Of a stretch of DNA of 64,000 nucleotides, positions 11,220 to 19,860 are shown one piece after another; positions within the stretch are counted from its first letter, which is position 1, and each line of letters starts with the position of its first letter. The notes under the pieces were generated by a model, which saw only the letters and a program-made list of their open reading frames with translations, searched no databases and was not told the DNA's origin. Both the position numbers and the translations under genes were made by a program. The DNA is from an uncultured Chloroflexia bacterium. Lineage in GTDB: Bacteria > Chloroflexota > Limnocylindria > Limnocylindrales > CSP1-4. The DNA lies in contig CAWHXD010000014.1 of the NCBI GenBank assembly GCA_963833225.1, positions 1-64,000 of the forward strand. Direction: 5' to 3'.

Positions 11220-11660
11220 ATGGCCGTCACCAAGATCCCGGCGCGGGACTTCACGATCGAGATCGACACCGCCTACCCGGGCACGCCGGCATTCGTCGCG
11301 ATCGGGGGCCTCAACTCGCTCACCCCGTCGCCCTCGACCAACCGCGCCGACACGACCGACTTCGACTCCAACGGCGTGGCCGAGCACCTGGTCATGGAGC
11401 GCGGCCTCGAGTTCACGATCGCGGGCCACCACCTCGAGGACGCCCTGACCGGCGACCGCGATCCGGGCCAGGCCGCGGTCGAGACGCTCGCCCGGGCGGT
11501 CGGCCTCGCCGCGATGGGCAGCTTCCGGGTGACGAGCCCGGGCGGCAACGTCGACAGCTTCACTGGCTCGGCCGAGGTGACCACGGCCGGCGGCGGCCAC
11601 AACGATCCCGCGGCGTGGTCGGCCAAGATCACGATCTCGGGCGCCGTGACCCACGCCTGA
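11220..11660 (+). CDS. Major tail (tube) protein
   Basis: MAVTKIPARDFTIEI...IGGLNSL...ADTTDFDSNG...RDPGQ...GGGHNDPAAWSAKITISG; GGAAAGGAG RBS. Confidence 0.8.
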   Translation: MAVTKIPARDFTIEIDTAYPGTPAFVAIGGLNSLTPSPSTNRADTTDFDSNGVAEHLVMERGLEFTIAGHHLEDALTGDRDPGQAAVETLARAVGLAAMGSFRVTSPGGNVDSFTGSAEVTTAGGGHNDPAAWSAKITISGAVTHA

Positions 11661-12029
11661 TGGCCACCCCCGAGCCGCTGCTCATCGACTTCGACGCCTA
11701 TCGCGCCGAACAGCAGCAGCGCCCGCTCATCATCCGCATCGGCGGCACCGGAGTACGCCCTCCCCTCGAGCCCGCCGGCGTCGGTCGCGCTCGACGGGAT
11801 CCGGCTCACGCGCAGCGGCGCGACGACCGTGCCGCCCGACGAGGTGGCCACCTTGGCCGAGGGCCTGTTCGGCAAGCCGGTGCTCGACGAGCTCGTGGGC
11901 GTCCACCGGCTCACGGTCGCGGAACTCCAGGCGCTGATCACCCGGGTCATGGACCTCTACGCCGCCGAGGCCAGCCCACCCCCAAACCGGGCGAGCCGGC
12001 GGACGCAGCGCCGGACCCGTTCGACTTGA
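11660..12029 (+). CDS. Tail assembly chaperone (gpG-like); indel near 11750; extended by -1 frameshift
   Basis: MATPEPLLIDFDAYRAE...YALPSSPPA...PPPNRASRRTQRRTRST; follows the tail tube gene. Confidence 0.7.
11981..11987 (+). other. -1 programmed ribosomal frameshift slippery site C CCA AAC (G/GT chaperone)
   Basis: X XXY YYZ heptamer in the correct phase. The -1 frame continues PGEPADAAPDPFDLIESWALVEADFMREYGIDL..., typical of gpT. Confidence 0.75.
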
Positions 12030-12293
12030 TCGAGAGCTGGGCGCTCGTCGAGGCGGACTTCATGCGCGAGTACGGGATCGACCTCGTGACCGACCTGCCA
12101 CGCCTGACCCTGCGCCGGTTCATGGTCCTGGTCCGCGGCCTGGGGCCTGCCAGCGCGGTCGCCAACCGGCAGGCGGCGCGCCACGGCCGGGGCGGTGAGC
12201 CCGCCGGGCGGGTGTCGCGGACGCGCCGACACCCAGGTGCTGTTCTCGGGCACCGGCGGCTTCGCCGCGTTCGGGGTCGAGTTCCCGCTCGAG

Positions 12294-12771
12294 ATGACCT
12301 CGAACAACGTCGAGGTCGAGATCCTCGCGATCGACCCCGGCACCAGCCAGTCCGCCTGGCTGCGGTACGACGGCAGCCGGCCGCAGGGCTTCGGGATCAC
12401 CGCCAACGACGTGCTCGTCCGGGCGCTGCGGACTGGCGGCCTCCCGGACGTCGTCGTCATCGAGAAGGTCAAGTCCTACGGGATGGCCGTGGGCGCCGAG
12501 GTGTTCGACACCGTCCTCTGGGCCGGCCGCTTCGCCGAGGCGGCGCACCGGGTCCCGGTCGTCATGCTGCCCGCGGCGCGCCGTGAAGCTCGCCCTGTGC
12601 GGCGACTCCCGGGCCAAGGACGCGAACATCCGCCAGGCGCTCCTCGATCGCTTCGGCGGCTCCGCCGCGATCGGCCGCAAGGCGGCACCTGGTCCGCTGT
12701 ACGGGATCGCCCGCGACGTCTGGTCGGCGCTCGCGATCGCGGTCACCTACACCATCCAGAGCGCGAACTGA
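12294..12771 (+). CDS. RuvC-like Holliday junction resolvase; indel near 12575
   Basis: ILAIDPG...VVIEKVKSYGMAVGAEVFDT...VKLALCG..AKDANIRQAL...DVWSALAIA. Confidence 0.7.
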
Positions 12772-12774
12772 CCG

Positions 12775-12960
12775 ATGAGCGAGCAGGGGCGGCCGGTGGA
12801 GCGTGATCCGCTCGTCGCCGCCCTCGCTCGCTACGTCGAGGCCCTCCACCGCCGCTACCCCGAGGGTCCGGAGCAGATGCGCCGGGAACGCTTGGCTGTG
12901 GCGCCCGACAGCGCGAATGTGGTCGCCATGGACGCGAAGCGCGAGGCCGGGGCGGCATGA
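12775..12960 (+). CDS. Small hypothetical protein overlapping the integrase start
   Basis: 61-aa ORF with ATGA overlap to the integrase. Confidence 0.5.
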   Translation: MSEQGRPVERDPLVAALARYVEALHRRYPEGPEQMRRERLAVAPDSANVVAMDAKREAGAA

Positions 12961-14479
12961 GGGAACCCCGCACGCTGAAGCGCCTGCCGCGCTCGCTCGA
13001 CGACATCCGGGGGCTGCGGGTCGCCCGCTGGATCCGCGAGTCGACCGCCGGCCAGTACGACCGCTACGGCCCGGCGAGCCAGCGCGAGCAGCAGGACCGC
13101 TTCATCGAGCGCCACGGCCTCGTCGACACGGGCCTCGTGTTCCAGGTCGCCCACAGCGGCACCACGGTCTGGCGCTCGGCGACGATGACCGAGATGCTCG
13201 CCGAGGCCCGCGCGGGGGTCGTTCGACCTGCTGCTCGCCGGGTACTCCGACCGCTGGCAGCGCAACCTCCGGCGGACGCTCGAGCTCCTCGAGGACGGCC
13301 TGCACCCCGCCGGCGTCGCCCTCGTCATGTGCGACCGGCGGATCCTGTCCTCCGACCCGCACGACTGGGACGAGCTCATCAGCGAGGCGGCCGGCGCCGA
13401 GAAGTACAGCCGCCGCCTGTCCGAGCGGATCACCGACGGCTACGCGGCGAAGTTCGACCACCGCGACGACCCGGGCGGGCACGCCGGCCTCGGCTTCCGG
13501 CGTGCCCGAGCCGCCCCACACCCTCGAGATCGACCCCGACCGCGATGCCGATCGCGGTCGGCCTGTTCGAGCGCTACGCCCTCGGCAACGTGAGCGCGAA
13601 GGACCTCGCGGAGGAGACCGGGCTCGCCGAGAGCGGCATCCGGATGATCCTGATGAACCCGCTCTACAACGGCTGGGTCCGCCGGCACCGGCGGAGCGAC
13701 CGAGAGTCGCTGAAGCCGGCGCCGTGGCGGGCGGACCCGCCGGTGTCGGACGAGCTCTGGGCTCGGGTCGAGGAAGTCCGGCGCGCCAGGACCCGCGGCG
13801 GGGGACCGAGGGACTGTGACCGGGTCGACCTCCTCGGCGGCCTACTCGCGTGCGTCTGCGGTCGGCGGCTCCGGAACGACGGGACGTTCGCCGACGGCCG
13901 CCACCGCAAGCACCATGCCGACCCTGCGAGGCGTGGGGCCGCAAGGCCCGGCTCGGCGATGAGACGTGGGAGGCGCCGGTGCTGGCGCAGGTCGCGGGCA
14001 TCGCGCTCGACGACGGACACGATGGCGTCGGTCGTCGCCGCGCTCGGCTCGAGCCGCCAGCCGGTCGCGATCGACAAGGCCCGGATCGACCGCCAGATGC
14101 GCGAGCTCGCGCTTGAGCACGCCGCCGGCAGCCTGGGCGACGAGGCCTACCTCGCCCGCCTGAAGGTGCTGCGGCAGCAGCGGGACGCGGTCACCGAGCG
14201 GACGGCCGCCGGGCCCCGGCCGAGCGTGCGCTCGAGTGGCTGCGCGCCCTCGGCGAGTCGCTCCAAGCCCCGGAGAAGTCGAAGGAGAAGGCAGACCTGA
14301 TGCACGCCATCTACGACCGGATCACGGTCGCCGGCCCCGAGATCGTGGGTGTCCGGCTGACGCAGGCGGCCTACGCGCACGGATTGGCGCTGGCTCTGCC
14401 CGAAAAGGTTGAACTGGCGCGCCCGACAGGATTCGAACCTGCGACCTTCGGCTCCGGAGGCCGACGCTCTATCCGCTGA
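12957..14479 (+). CDS. Large serine recombinase (integrase); several indels
   Basis: Catalytic WIRES and DRWQR, recombinase domain ILMNPLYNG, Zn ribbon LLACVCG, and a coiled coil. The last frame (ATG 14300) runs to TGA 14477-14479 inside the antisense tRNA. Confidence 0.88.
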
Positions 14480-14490
14480 GCTACAGGCGC
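14415..14490 (-). tRNA. tRNA-Arg(CCG)
   Basis: GCGCCTGTAGCTCAGCGGATAGAGCGTCGGCCTCCGGAGCCGAAGGTCGCAGGTTCGAATCCTGTCGGGCGCGCCA; full cloverleaf with encoded CCA. Confidence 0.97.
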
Positions 14491-14555
14491 GCGGGGGGCG
14501 GCGGTGCGCCGCGGGCTGAAGGATGCAGCCCCGAGCGGTCGGATCAGTGAGGGCA

Positions 14556-14593
14556 CAAACGTACGAGGCGGCTCCCGAAGGAGCCGCCTCGTT
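14556..14593 (-). terminator. Intrinsic terminator-like hairpin
   Basis: ACGAGGCGGCTCC-TTCG-GGAGCCGCCTCGT followed by ACGTTTGT; the C(UUCG)G loop reads on the minus strand. Confidence 0.7.
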
Positions 14594-14737
14594 GCTGTCC
14601 CGGTGAAGGTGTCCCTCCAGCAGGAAGGATCTTCTGCCACGCTCCAGGATCATCTATCGCGTCGGCTTAACCGACTACCCTAACCCAACCTACCCATGAT
14701 CCTGATGCTGGGGCAGCTCTGGCTGCGCTAGCAGCAC
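14556..14737 (-). ncRNA. Candidate structured small RNA (~180 nt)
   Basis: Promoter-like TTCGGA-N16-TAGGAT (-10 at 14742-14747), nested stems CTGCC/GGCAG, CAGGATCAT/ATGATCCTG and GTCGGT/GCCGAC, its own terminator, and no credible ORF. Confidence 0.5.
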
Positions 14738-14841
14738 CGATATCCTAGCGGGCAACTGGTGATTCCGAAAGGGGTTTTGTCGGGCCGTTCGGTAAAAATC
14801 TCTTAACCAAGCCTCAACCGACCCGCGGGAGCGCTGCGCCG

Positions 14842-15330
14842 CTACGCCTCGTCGACGACGGTCACGCTGGTCATGGCGACGGGCTCGTTCGGCAGATCCC
14901 GCGAGTTGCGCGGCGCCCCGGCGATCGCATCCACGACCTCGAGGCCCTTGGTGACCTGGCCGAAGATCGTGTAGTTCTTGGGCAGCGCGTAGTCGGCGTG
15001 CATGATGAAGAACTGCGAGCCGTTCGTGTTCGGCCCGGCATTCGCCATCGCGAGCGTGCCGCGGACATAGCTGCCGGTGAACGGCTCGTCCTCGAACTTG
15101 TACCCGGGTCCGCCGGTGCCGACGCGGCCGGTGTTGAGCGACGCCTTCTTGCCGAACTCGCCATCGCCGCCCTGGATCATGAACCCGGGGATGACGCGGT
15201 GGAAGATCACGTCGTCGTAGAAGCCCTGCTTGGCGAGCTTGACGAAGTTGCCGGCGGCCTTGGGGGCGCCGTCCGTGAACAGGTCGGCCTCGATGGTGCC
15301 GGCCTCGGTGGCGATGATCACGCGGGTCAT
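14842..15330 (-). CDS. Cyclophilin-type peptidyl-prolyl isomerase (cytoplasmic)
   Basis: FHRVIPGFMIQGGD, LAMANAGPNTNGSQFFI. Confidence 0.95.
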   Translation of the reverse strand: MTRVIIATEAGTIEADLFTDGAPKAAGNFVKLAKQGFYDDVIFHRVIPGFMIQGGDGEFGKKASLNTGRVGTGGPGYKFEDEPFTGSYVRGTLAMANAGPNTNGSQFFIMHADYALPKNYTIFGQVTKGLEVVDAIAGAPRNSRDLPNEPVAMTSVTVVDEA

Positions 15331-15361
15331 GGGCAGCCTCCTTCGTGGGATCGGGGCAACG

Positions 15362-16072
15362 TTACGGGTTGGTGACGGTGACGCTGGTCATGGGGATGGG
15401 GTCGACCGCGAGGCTCATCTGCGAGCCGTCGTTGGGCAGGTTGGAGATGGCGTCCACCACGTCCATGCCGTCGATGACGTGGCCGAAGATCTGGTAGTTC
15501 TTCGCGAGGCCGGTGCCCAGGTCCTGGAGGACGATAAAGAACTGCGAGCCGGCGCTGTTGGGCTCGGAGGTCTTGGCCATCGCCAGCGTGCCGCGCACGT
15601 ACTCGCCGGTCACCGGCTCGTCCTGGATCTCGTAGCCGGGGCCACCGGAGCCGACGATGCCAGGGTTGAGGATCGGGACGCGCCCGAACTGGCCGTCGCC
15701 GCCCTGGATCACGAAGCCGGGGGCGATCCGGTGGATCACGACACCGTCGTAGTAGCCGCACTCCGCGAGGGCCACGAAGTTGCCGGCGGCGATGGGCGAG
15801 AGATCGGCCTCGATCTTGAGGACGAAGGTGCCCTCAGGCGTGTCCACCGTCACCGTGCGCGTCTCGCCGGCGGGGAGCGGAGCCGGCTGCTCCTTGGGGC
15901 AGGTCGCCGGGATCCCACTGGTGGGGTGCGGCGTCGCGGGAGCGGCGGTCGGCGTGGGGGTCGGGGGCGGGACGGTTGGCAGCGGCGATGCGGCGCCGCC
16001 GGTGCAGGCGGCGACGAGGGCGGGGATCGCCAGCAGGGAGGCGAATCCCCGGAGGGTGCGGGAGCGGGTCAT
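15362..16072 (-). CDS. Cyclophilin-type PPIase, lipoprotein
   Basis: Lipobox LVAAC, Pro/Thr linker, HRIAPGFVIQGGD, SAGSQFFI. Confidence 0.93.
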   Translation of the reverse strand: MTRSRTLRGFASLLAIPALVAACTGGAASPLPTVPPPTPTPTAAPATPHPTSGIPATCPKEQPAPLPAGETRTVTVDTPEGTFVLKIEADLSPIAAGNFVALAECGYYDGVVIHRIAPGFVIQGGDGQFGRVPILNPGIVGSGGPGYEIQDEPVTGEYVRGTLAMAKTSEPNSAGSQFFIVLQDLGTGLAKNYQIFGHVIDGMDVVDAISNLPNDGSQMSLAVDPIPMTSVTVTNP

Positions 16073-16785
16073 GCGGCGGCCTCCAGGGCGCGGGAAAACT
16101 CGATGGACCCGGAGAGGAGCGCCTCCCCGAGGATGAGACCGGCGACGCCCGCATCGCGCAGCAGGCGCACGCCGTCGAGGTCATTGACACCACCGGCCAC
16201 GAGCACGTCCACGTCATGACGGCGGCGGAGCGCGGCGAGGAGCTCCGTGTCCGGCGACGCGCCGCCATGGCTGAGCACCACGCGGTGGACGCCCGCGGCG
16301 ACGAGCTCCTCCACCAGCGTATCGAGGGTTGGCGGGTTCGTGCGCTGCCAGGGGAAGGCGGCGAGCCGCTCGGGCCGCGGGTCCAGCCCCACGGCCAGCC
16401 AGTCGCCGGCGACGGCGAGGCAGTCTCGCAGGGCCGCGGGGCGCTCGGCGATGGCGACCGACAGGACCACCCGGGTCGCGCCGGCGGCGAACGCGAGCCG
16501 CACATGGTCGGGCTCCTCCAGGCCGCCGGCCAGCTGGAGCGGGACGGCGACCCGCGCCGCCACGCTGCCCACGACCTCGAGGTTGACGGGGCGGGCCTGC
16601 TGGGCGCCGTCGAAGTCGACCAGGTGGAGCATGCGGGCGCCCAGCGCGACGAACTGCTCCGCGATCCGCTCCGGGCGATCGGTGGGGGTCCCGGTGCCTG
16701 CGGCTGCGCCTGGCCAGTAGACGACCCGCGAGCGACCGCCGCGCACGTCGATGGCCGGAATCACCTCCATGGACGGGGACGTCAA
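16069..16785 (-). CDS. HisA/HisF-related TIM-barrel protein (divergent)
   Basis: VIPAIDVRGG, LHLVDFDGA, LQLAGG, VAGGV, LILGEALLSG. Confidence 0.85.
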   Translation of the reverse strand: MTSPSMEVIPAIDVRGGRSRVVYWPGAAAGTGTPTDRPERIAEQFVALGARMLHLVDFDGAQQARPVNLEVVGSVAARVAVPLQLAGGLEEPDHVRLAFAAGATRVVLSVAIAERPAALRDCLAVAGDWLAVGLDPRPERLAAFPWQRTNPPTLDTLVEELVAAGVHRVVLSHGGASPDTELLAALRRRHDVDVLVAGGVNDLDGVRLLRDAGVAGLILGEALLSGSIEFSRALEAAA

Positions 16786-18461
16786 CCCTCGCCCCGCAGC
16801 AGGCGGCGATGGAAGCTGACCGGCAGCGAGCCGTTGCGGAGGAGCGTGTCGTGGAAGTCGCGCAGCCGGAAGTCCCCGCCGCGCCGCTGCTTCTCGTCTT
16901 CGCGGAGGCCCAGGATCAGGACCTTGCCCAGCAGGTACGAGAGCTGGTAGCCGGGGGTGTACGTGTAGCGGCGGACCTCGGCGCGCGCGTTGGCGCGCTC
17001 GAAGGAGGTGTGCTCGACGAGGAAGTCGGTGGCCTCATCGGGGGTGAGCTCGCCCCGGTGCATCCGCACGTCGAGGATGATCCGGCAGGCGCGCCACACG
17101 GCGTCGGTGTACATGGCGACCCGGAACGCGGGTCCGGCGTCGAAGCCCTCCTCACGCATCATCTGCTCGGAGTACATGCCCCAACCCTCGACGAACTCGG
17201 GGGCGTCGGTGAGCATCCGGGTGAGGCTCGGGTGCCGGGCGGCGACGGCGAGCTGGAGATGGTGCCCCGGGTACGCCTCGTGGATGCTGGTGTTGGAGAT
17301 CGAGGTCCGGTAGTGCTCGAGCATGGCATTGGGATCGTCGTCGACGGCCGGCGTCACCACGTAGAGGCCTCGCTGATCGGCATCGAACCGTGCGGGCGAG
17401 AAGTAGGCGGCGAACGGCATCACGCTGCGCAGGTAGTCCGGGGTGGCGATGACGTCGATCGACTCGTCGTCCGGAACGGAGACCAGGTCGTGCTCGATGA
17501 GGTATGCCCGCGCCCGGCGCATCGCGTCCTTGTAGCCCTCGAGGGCCTCCTCGAACGTGGCCGGGTGGTCGGCCTTGAGCCGCTCGATCACGCCGGCGAG
17601 GTCGGCGTCGGGTTCGAGCTCGCGGGCGGCTTCGCGGCGGGCGTCGAGGTTGCGGCGCAGCTGGTCCCAGCCGATGGCCAGGATGGCGTCGGCATCGAGG
17701 TCGCCGAACCCGCGCCGGCGGACGAGCTCGTCGTACAGCTCGTTGCCCAGCGGCCAGTCGTCCAGGCCCGAGGCGATGGTGTCGGACAGCCACGCGTCGT
17801 AGTCCTCGAGGGCGGCGCTGGCGCCCGCCACGGCGCGCTCGAGGCGCTTGGCCTCGGTGGCGGCGAGGACGCCTTCGCCGACCGCCTGCGCTTCCGCGAA
17901 CAGCCCGGGCAGGTCCTTCGCCAGCCGCTGCTCCACGGTCTGCCAGATCGTGACCTGCGGCCCGACGGCCCGGGTCCGTGACGCCTCCAGGTAGGCCGGC
18001 GCGGCCTCGAGCCGGTCCGTGATCCGCTCCAGGCGCTCGGCAAGCGGCGCGGATCCACGCGCGAACAGGAGGAACACGGCATCGCCGAGGTCCCCGGCCG
18101 CGGATGCGCGGCGCTCCCAGCGGCGGACCTCGTCGGCGTCGAACAGCGCCAGGCGGACGTTGTGGATCTCCAGGTCGCGCTCGAAGCGGGCCTCGTTCGA
18201 GAGCCCTGCCGGGTCGAGCGCCTCGATCGCGGCCAGGTGGGCCTGCTCGTCGGCGATCTCCTGGAGGACCGCGTCCCGACTCGCGTCGCCCAGCCGGCTG
18301 TCCTCGCTGTGCACGCCGAAGTACGTCGCGGCGATCGGGTTGTCCGTGAACAGGCGGCGGACCCGCGTTTCGACGAGGTCGTAGAGGCGCGTGTCGAGCG
18401 GGCCCTCGTCGGGCGCCGTGGCCGGTCGCGGGAGCTCGAGGCCGCCGAGCTGGTTGGTCAT
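16782..18461 (-). CDS. DUF885 family metalloprotein
   Basis: HEAYPGHHLQ, FVEGWGMYSE, WRACRIILD, PGYQLSY; GGAGGA RBS before MTNQ. Confidence 0.92.
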   Translation of the reverse strand: MTNQLGGLELPRPATAPDEGPLDTRLYDLVETRVRRLFTDNPIAATYFGVHSEDSRLGDASRDAVLQEIADEQAHLAAIEALDPAGLSNEARFERDLEIHNVRLALFDADEVRRWERRASAAGDLGDAVFLLFARGSAPLAERLERITDRLEAAPAYLEASRTRAVGPQVTIWQTVEQRLAKDLPGLFAEAQAVGEGVLAATEAKRLERAVAGASAALEDYDAWLSDTIASGLDDWPLGNELYDELVRRRGFGDLDADAILAIGWDQLRRNLDARREAARELEPDADLAGVIERLKADHPATFEEALEGYKDAMRRARAYLIEHDLVSVPDDESIDVIATPDYLRSVMPFAAYFSPARFDADQRGLYVVTPAVDDDPNAMLEHYRTSISNTSIHEAYPGHHLQLAVAARHPSLTRMLTDAPEFVEGWGMYSEQMMREEGFDAGPAFRVAMYTDAVWRACRIILDVRMHRGELTPDEATDFLVEHTSFERANARAEVRRYTYTPGYQLSYLLGKVLILGLREDEKQRRGGDFRLRDFHDTLLRNGSLPVSFHRRLLRGEG

Positions 18462-18516
18462 GGTTCCTCCGGCGCCGTCGGCGGGTGACGGCGCAGCGAT
18501 GATCGGTATGGTGCCG

Positions 18517-19641
18517 TCAGGCGGCCCCAGCCACGATTCCGGCCGGGCTCGGGCTGGTCTCGCGCAGGACATCGGCCACGGTGGCCACCACCCGGTCGAT
18601 GTCCTCGGCCGTCACCCCGAGGTGCGTGACGGCGCGGATCTGGCCGTGCGCGTAGGGGACCATCCACACGCCTCGCGCCTCGAGGGCGGCGAGGAAGGCG
18701 GACCGGTCGCGATCGACACGGAACAGCACGAAGTTGGTGAGCGAGCGGCCCGGATCCAGCGGCCCGTCCTCGGCCGGCTGGGCGAGGCCGCCGGGCGACC
18801 GGACGCCGGTCAGCTCCGCGAGCCCTTCGGCCAGGCGGCGGGCGTTGGCGTGGTCCTCGGCCAGGCGGCCGACGGTCCCGTCCGGGCCGTCCGAGAGCGC
18901 GACGAGCCCGGCCGCCGCGAGCACGCCGACCTGGCGCATCCCCCCGCCGAGAAGCTTGCGCGCGCGGCGCGCGCGAGCGACGAACGCGCTGGGGCCGACG
19001 ACCACGGAGCCGATCGGCGCGCTGAGGCCCTTGGACAGGCAGAACGTGACGCTGTCCGCGGGCGCGGCCAGGGTCGCCGGGCTCACGCCGAGCGCGACGG
19101 CGGCATTGAACAGCCGGGCGCCGTCGACGTGGAGGGGAACCCCCCGCTCGTGGGCGATCGCAGCCACCTGCTCCACGTAGTCGAGCGGGAGCGGCCGGCC
19201 GCCGGAGTGGGCGTGGGTGTTCTCGAGGACGACCAGGCCGGTGATGGGCTCGTGGAGGTCATCGGGATCGCGCCAGGCGTCCGCGATCTCGGCCGGGTCC
19301 ATGGTTCCGTCCACGCGCTCCTGGAGGGCACGGATCGTGGCGCCCACGACGACGGCGTGGCCGCCGGCCTCGTCCATGACGGTGTGGGTCGTCGCGCCGG
19401 CGATCGCCTCGTGACCACGCGGCAGATGCGCGATCAGCGACACGAGGTTGCCCATGGTGCCGCTCGCGACGAACAGGCCCGCTTCCTTGCCCAGCAACCG
19501 CGCGGCACGCGCCTCGAGCTCGTTGACCGTGGGATCGTCGCCGAATACGTCATCGCCGACGCGCGCGGCGGCCATCGCGCGGCGCATGGCGTCGGTCGGG
19601 TGGGTGACGGTGTCGGAGCGCAGGTCGATCACGGGTGGCAT
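18517..19641 (-). CDS. ltaE: Low-specificity L-threonine aldolase
   Basis: IDLRSDTVT, GDDVFGDDPTV, SGTMGN, HVDGARLFNA, FCLSKGL, GGGMRQ. Confidence 0.93.
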   Translation of the reverse strand: MPPVIDLRSDTVTHPTDAMRRAMAAARVGDDVFGDDPTVNELEARAARLLGKEAGLFVASGTMGNLVSLIAHLPRGHEAIAGATTHTVMDEAGGHAVVVGATIRALQERVDGTMDPAEIADAWRDPDDLHEPITGLVVLENTHAHSGGRPLPLDYVEQVAAIAHERGVPLHVDGARLFNAAVALGVSPATLAAPADSVTFCLSKGLSAPIGSVVVGPSAFVARARRARKLLGGGMRQVGVLAAAGLVALSDGPDGTVGRLAEDHANARRLAEGLAELTGVRSPGGLAQPAEDGPLDPGRSLTNFVLFRVDRDRSAFLAALEARGVWMVPYAHGQIRAVTHLGVTAEDIDRVVATVADVLRETSPSPAGIVAGAA

Positions 19642-19663
19642 GGCCCGCCGAGCATATCGCGGG

Positions 19664-19846
19664 TCAGTTTCGGCGGCGCTCGACGATGACGATCACGAGG
19701 GCGAGGACCAGCAATGCCGCACCGATCACGGCCCACACCGGAGCGCCGGTCATGAAGCTGCCGCCGATGAGCCCGATGCCCTGGCCAAGCCAGACGGCGC
19801 CGACGAGGGCGAGGACGGCGGCGAGAACGAGGCGGGTCGGACGCAT
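19664..19846 (-). CDS. Small two-TM membrane protein
   Basis: MRPTRLVLAAVLALVGAVWLGQGIGLIGGSFMTG..W; AGGAG RBS. Confidence 0.75.
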   Translation of the reverse strand: MRPTRLVLAAVLALVGAVWLGQGIGLIGGSFMTGAPVWAVIGAALLVLALVIVIVERRRN

Positions 19847-19860
19847 GGTGCTGCTCCTGG

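Larger units (their letters stand above)
682..14479 (+). mobile_element. Integrated phage-like element (prophage or satellite) at tRNA-Arg(CCG); left boundary not seen
   Basis: Contiguous + strand packaging, head and tail genes end in a serine integrase that overlaps the tRNA 3' end. I saw no second copy of the tRNA 3' end in 1-14400. Confidence 0.88.

Noticed and set aside
14677-14697. Telomerase-template-like CCCTAACCC
   Set aside because: The match is short, no reverse transcriptase is nearby, and promoter and terminator orientation favours the G-rich strand.
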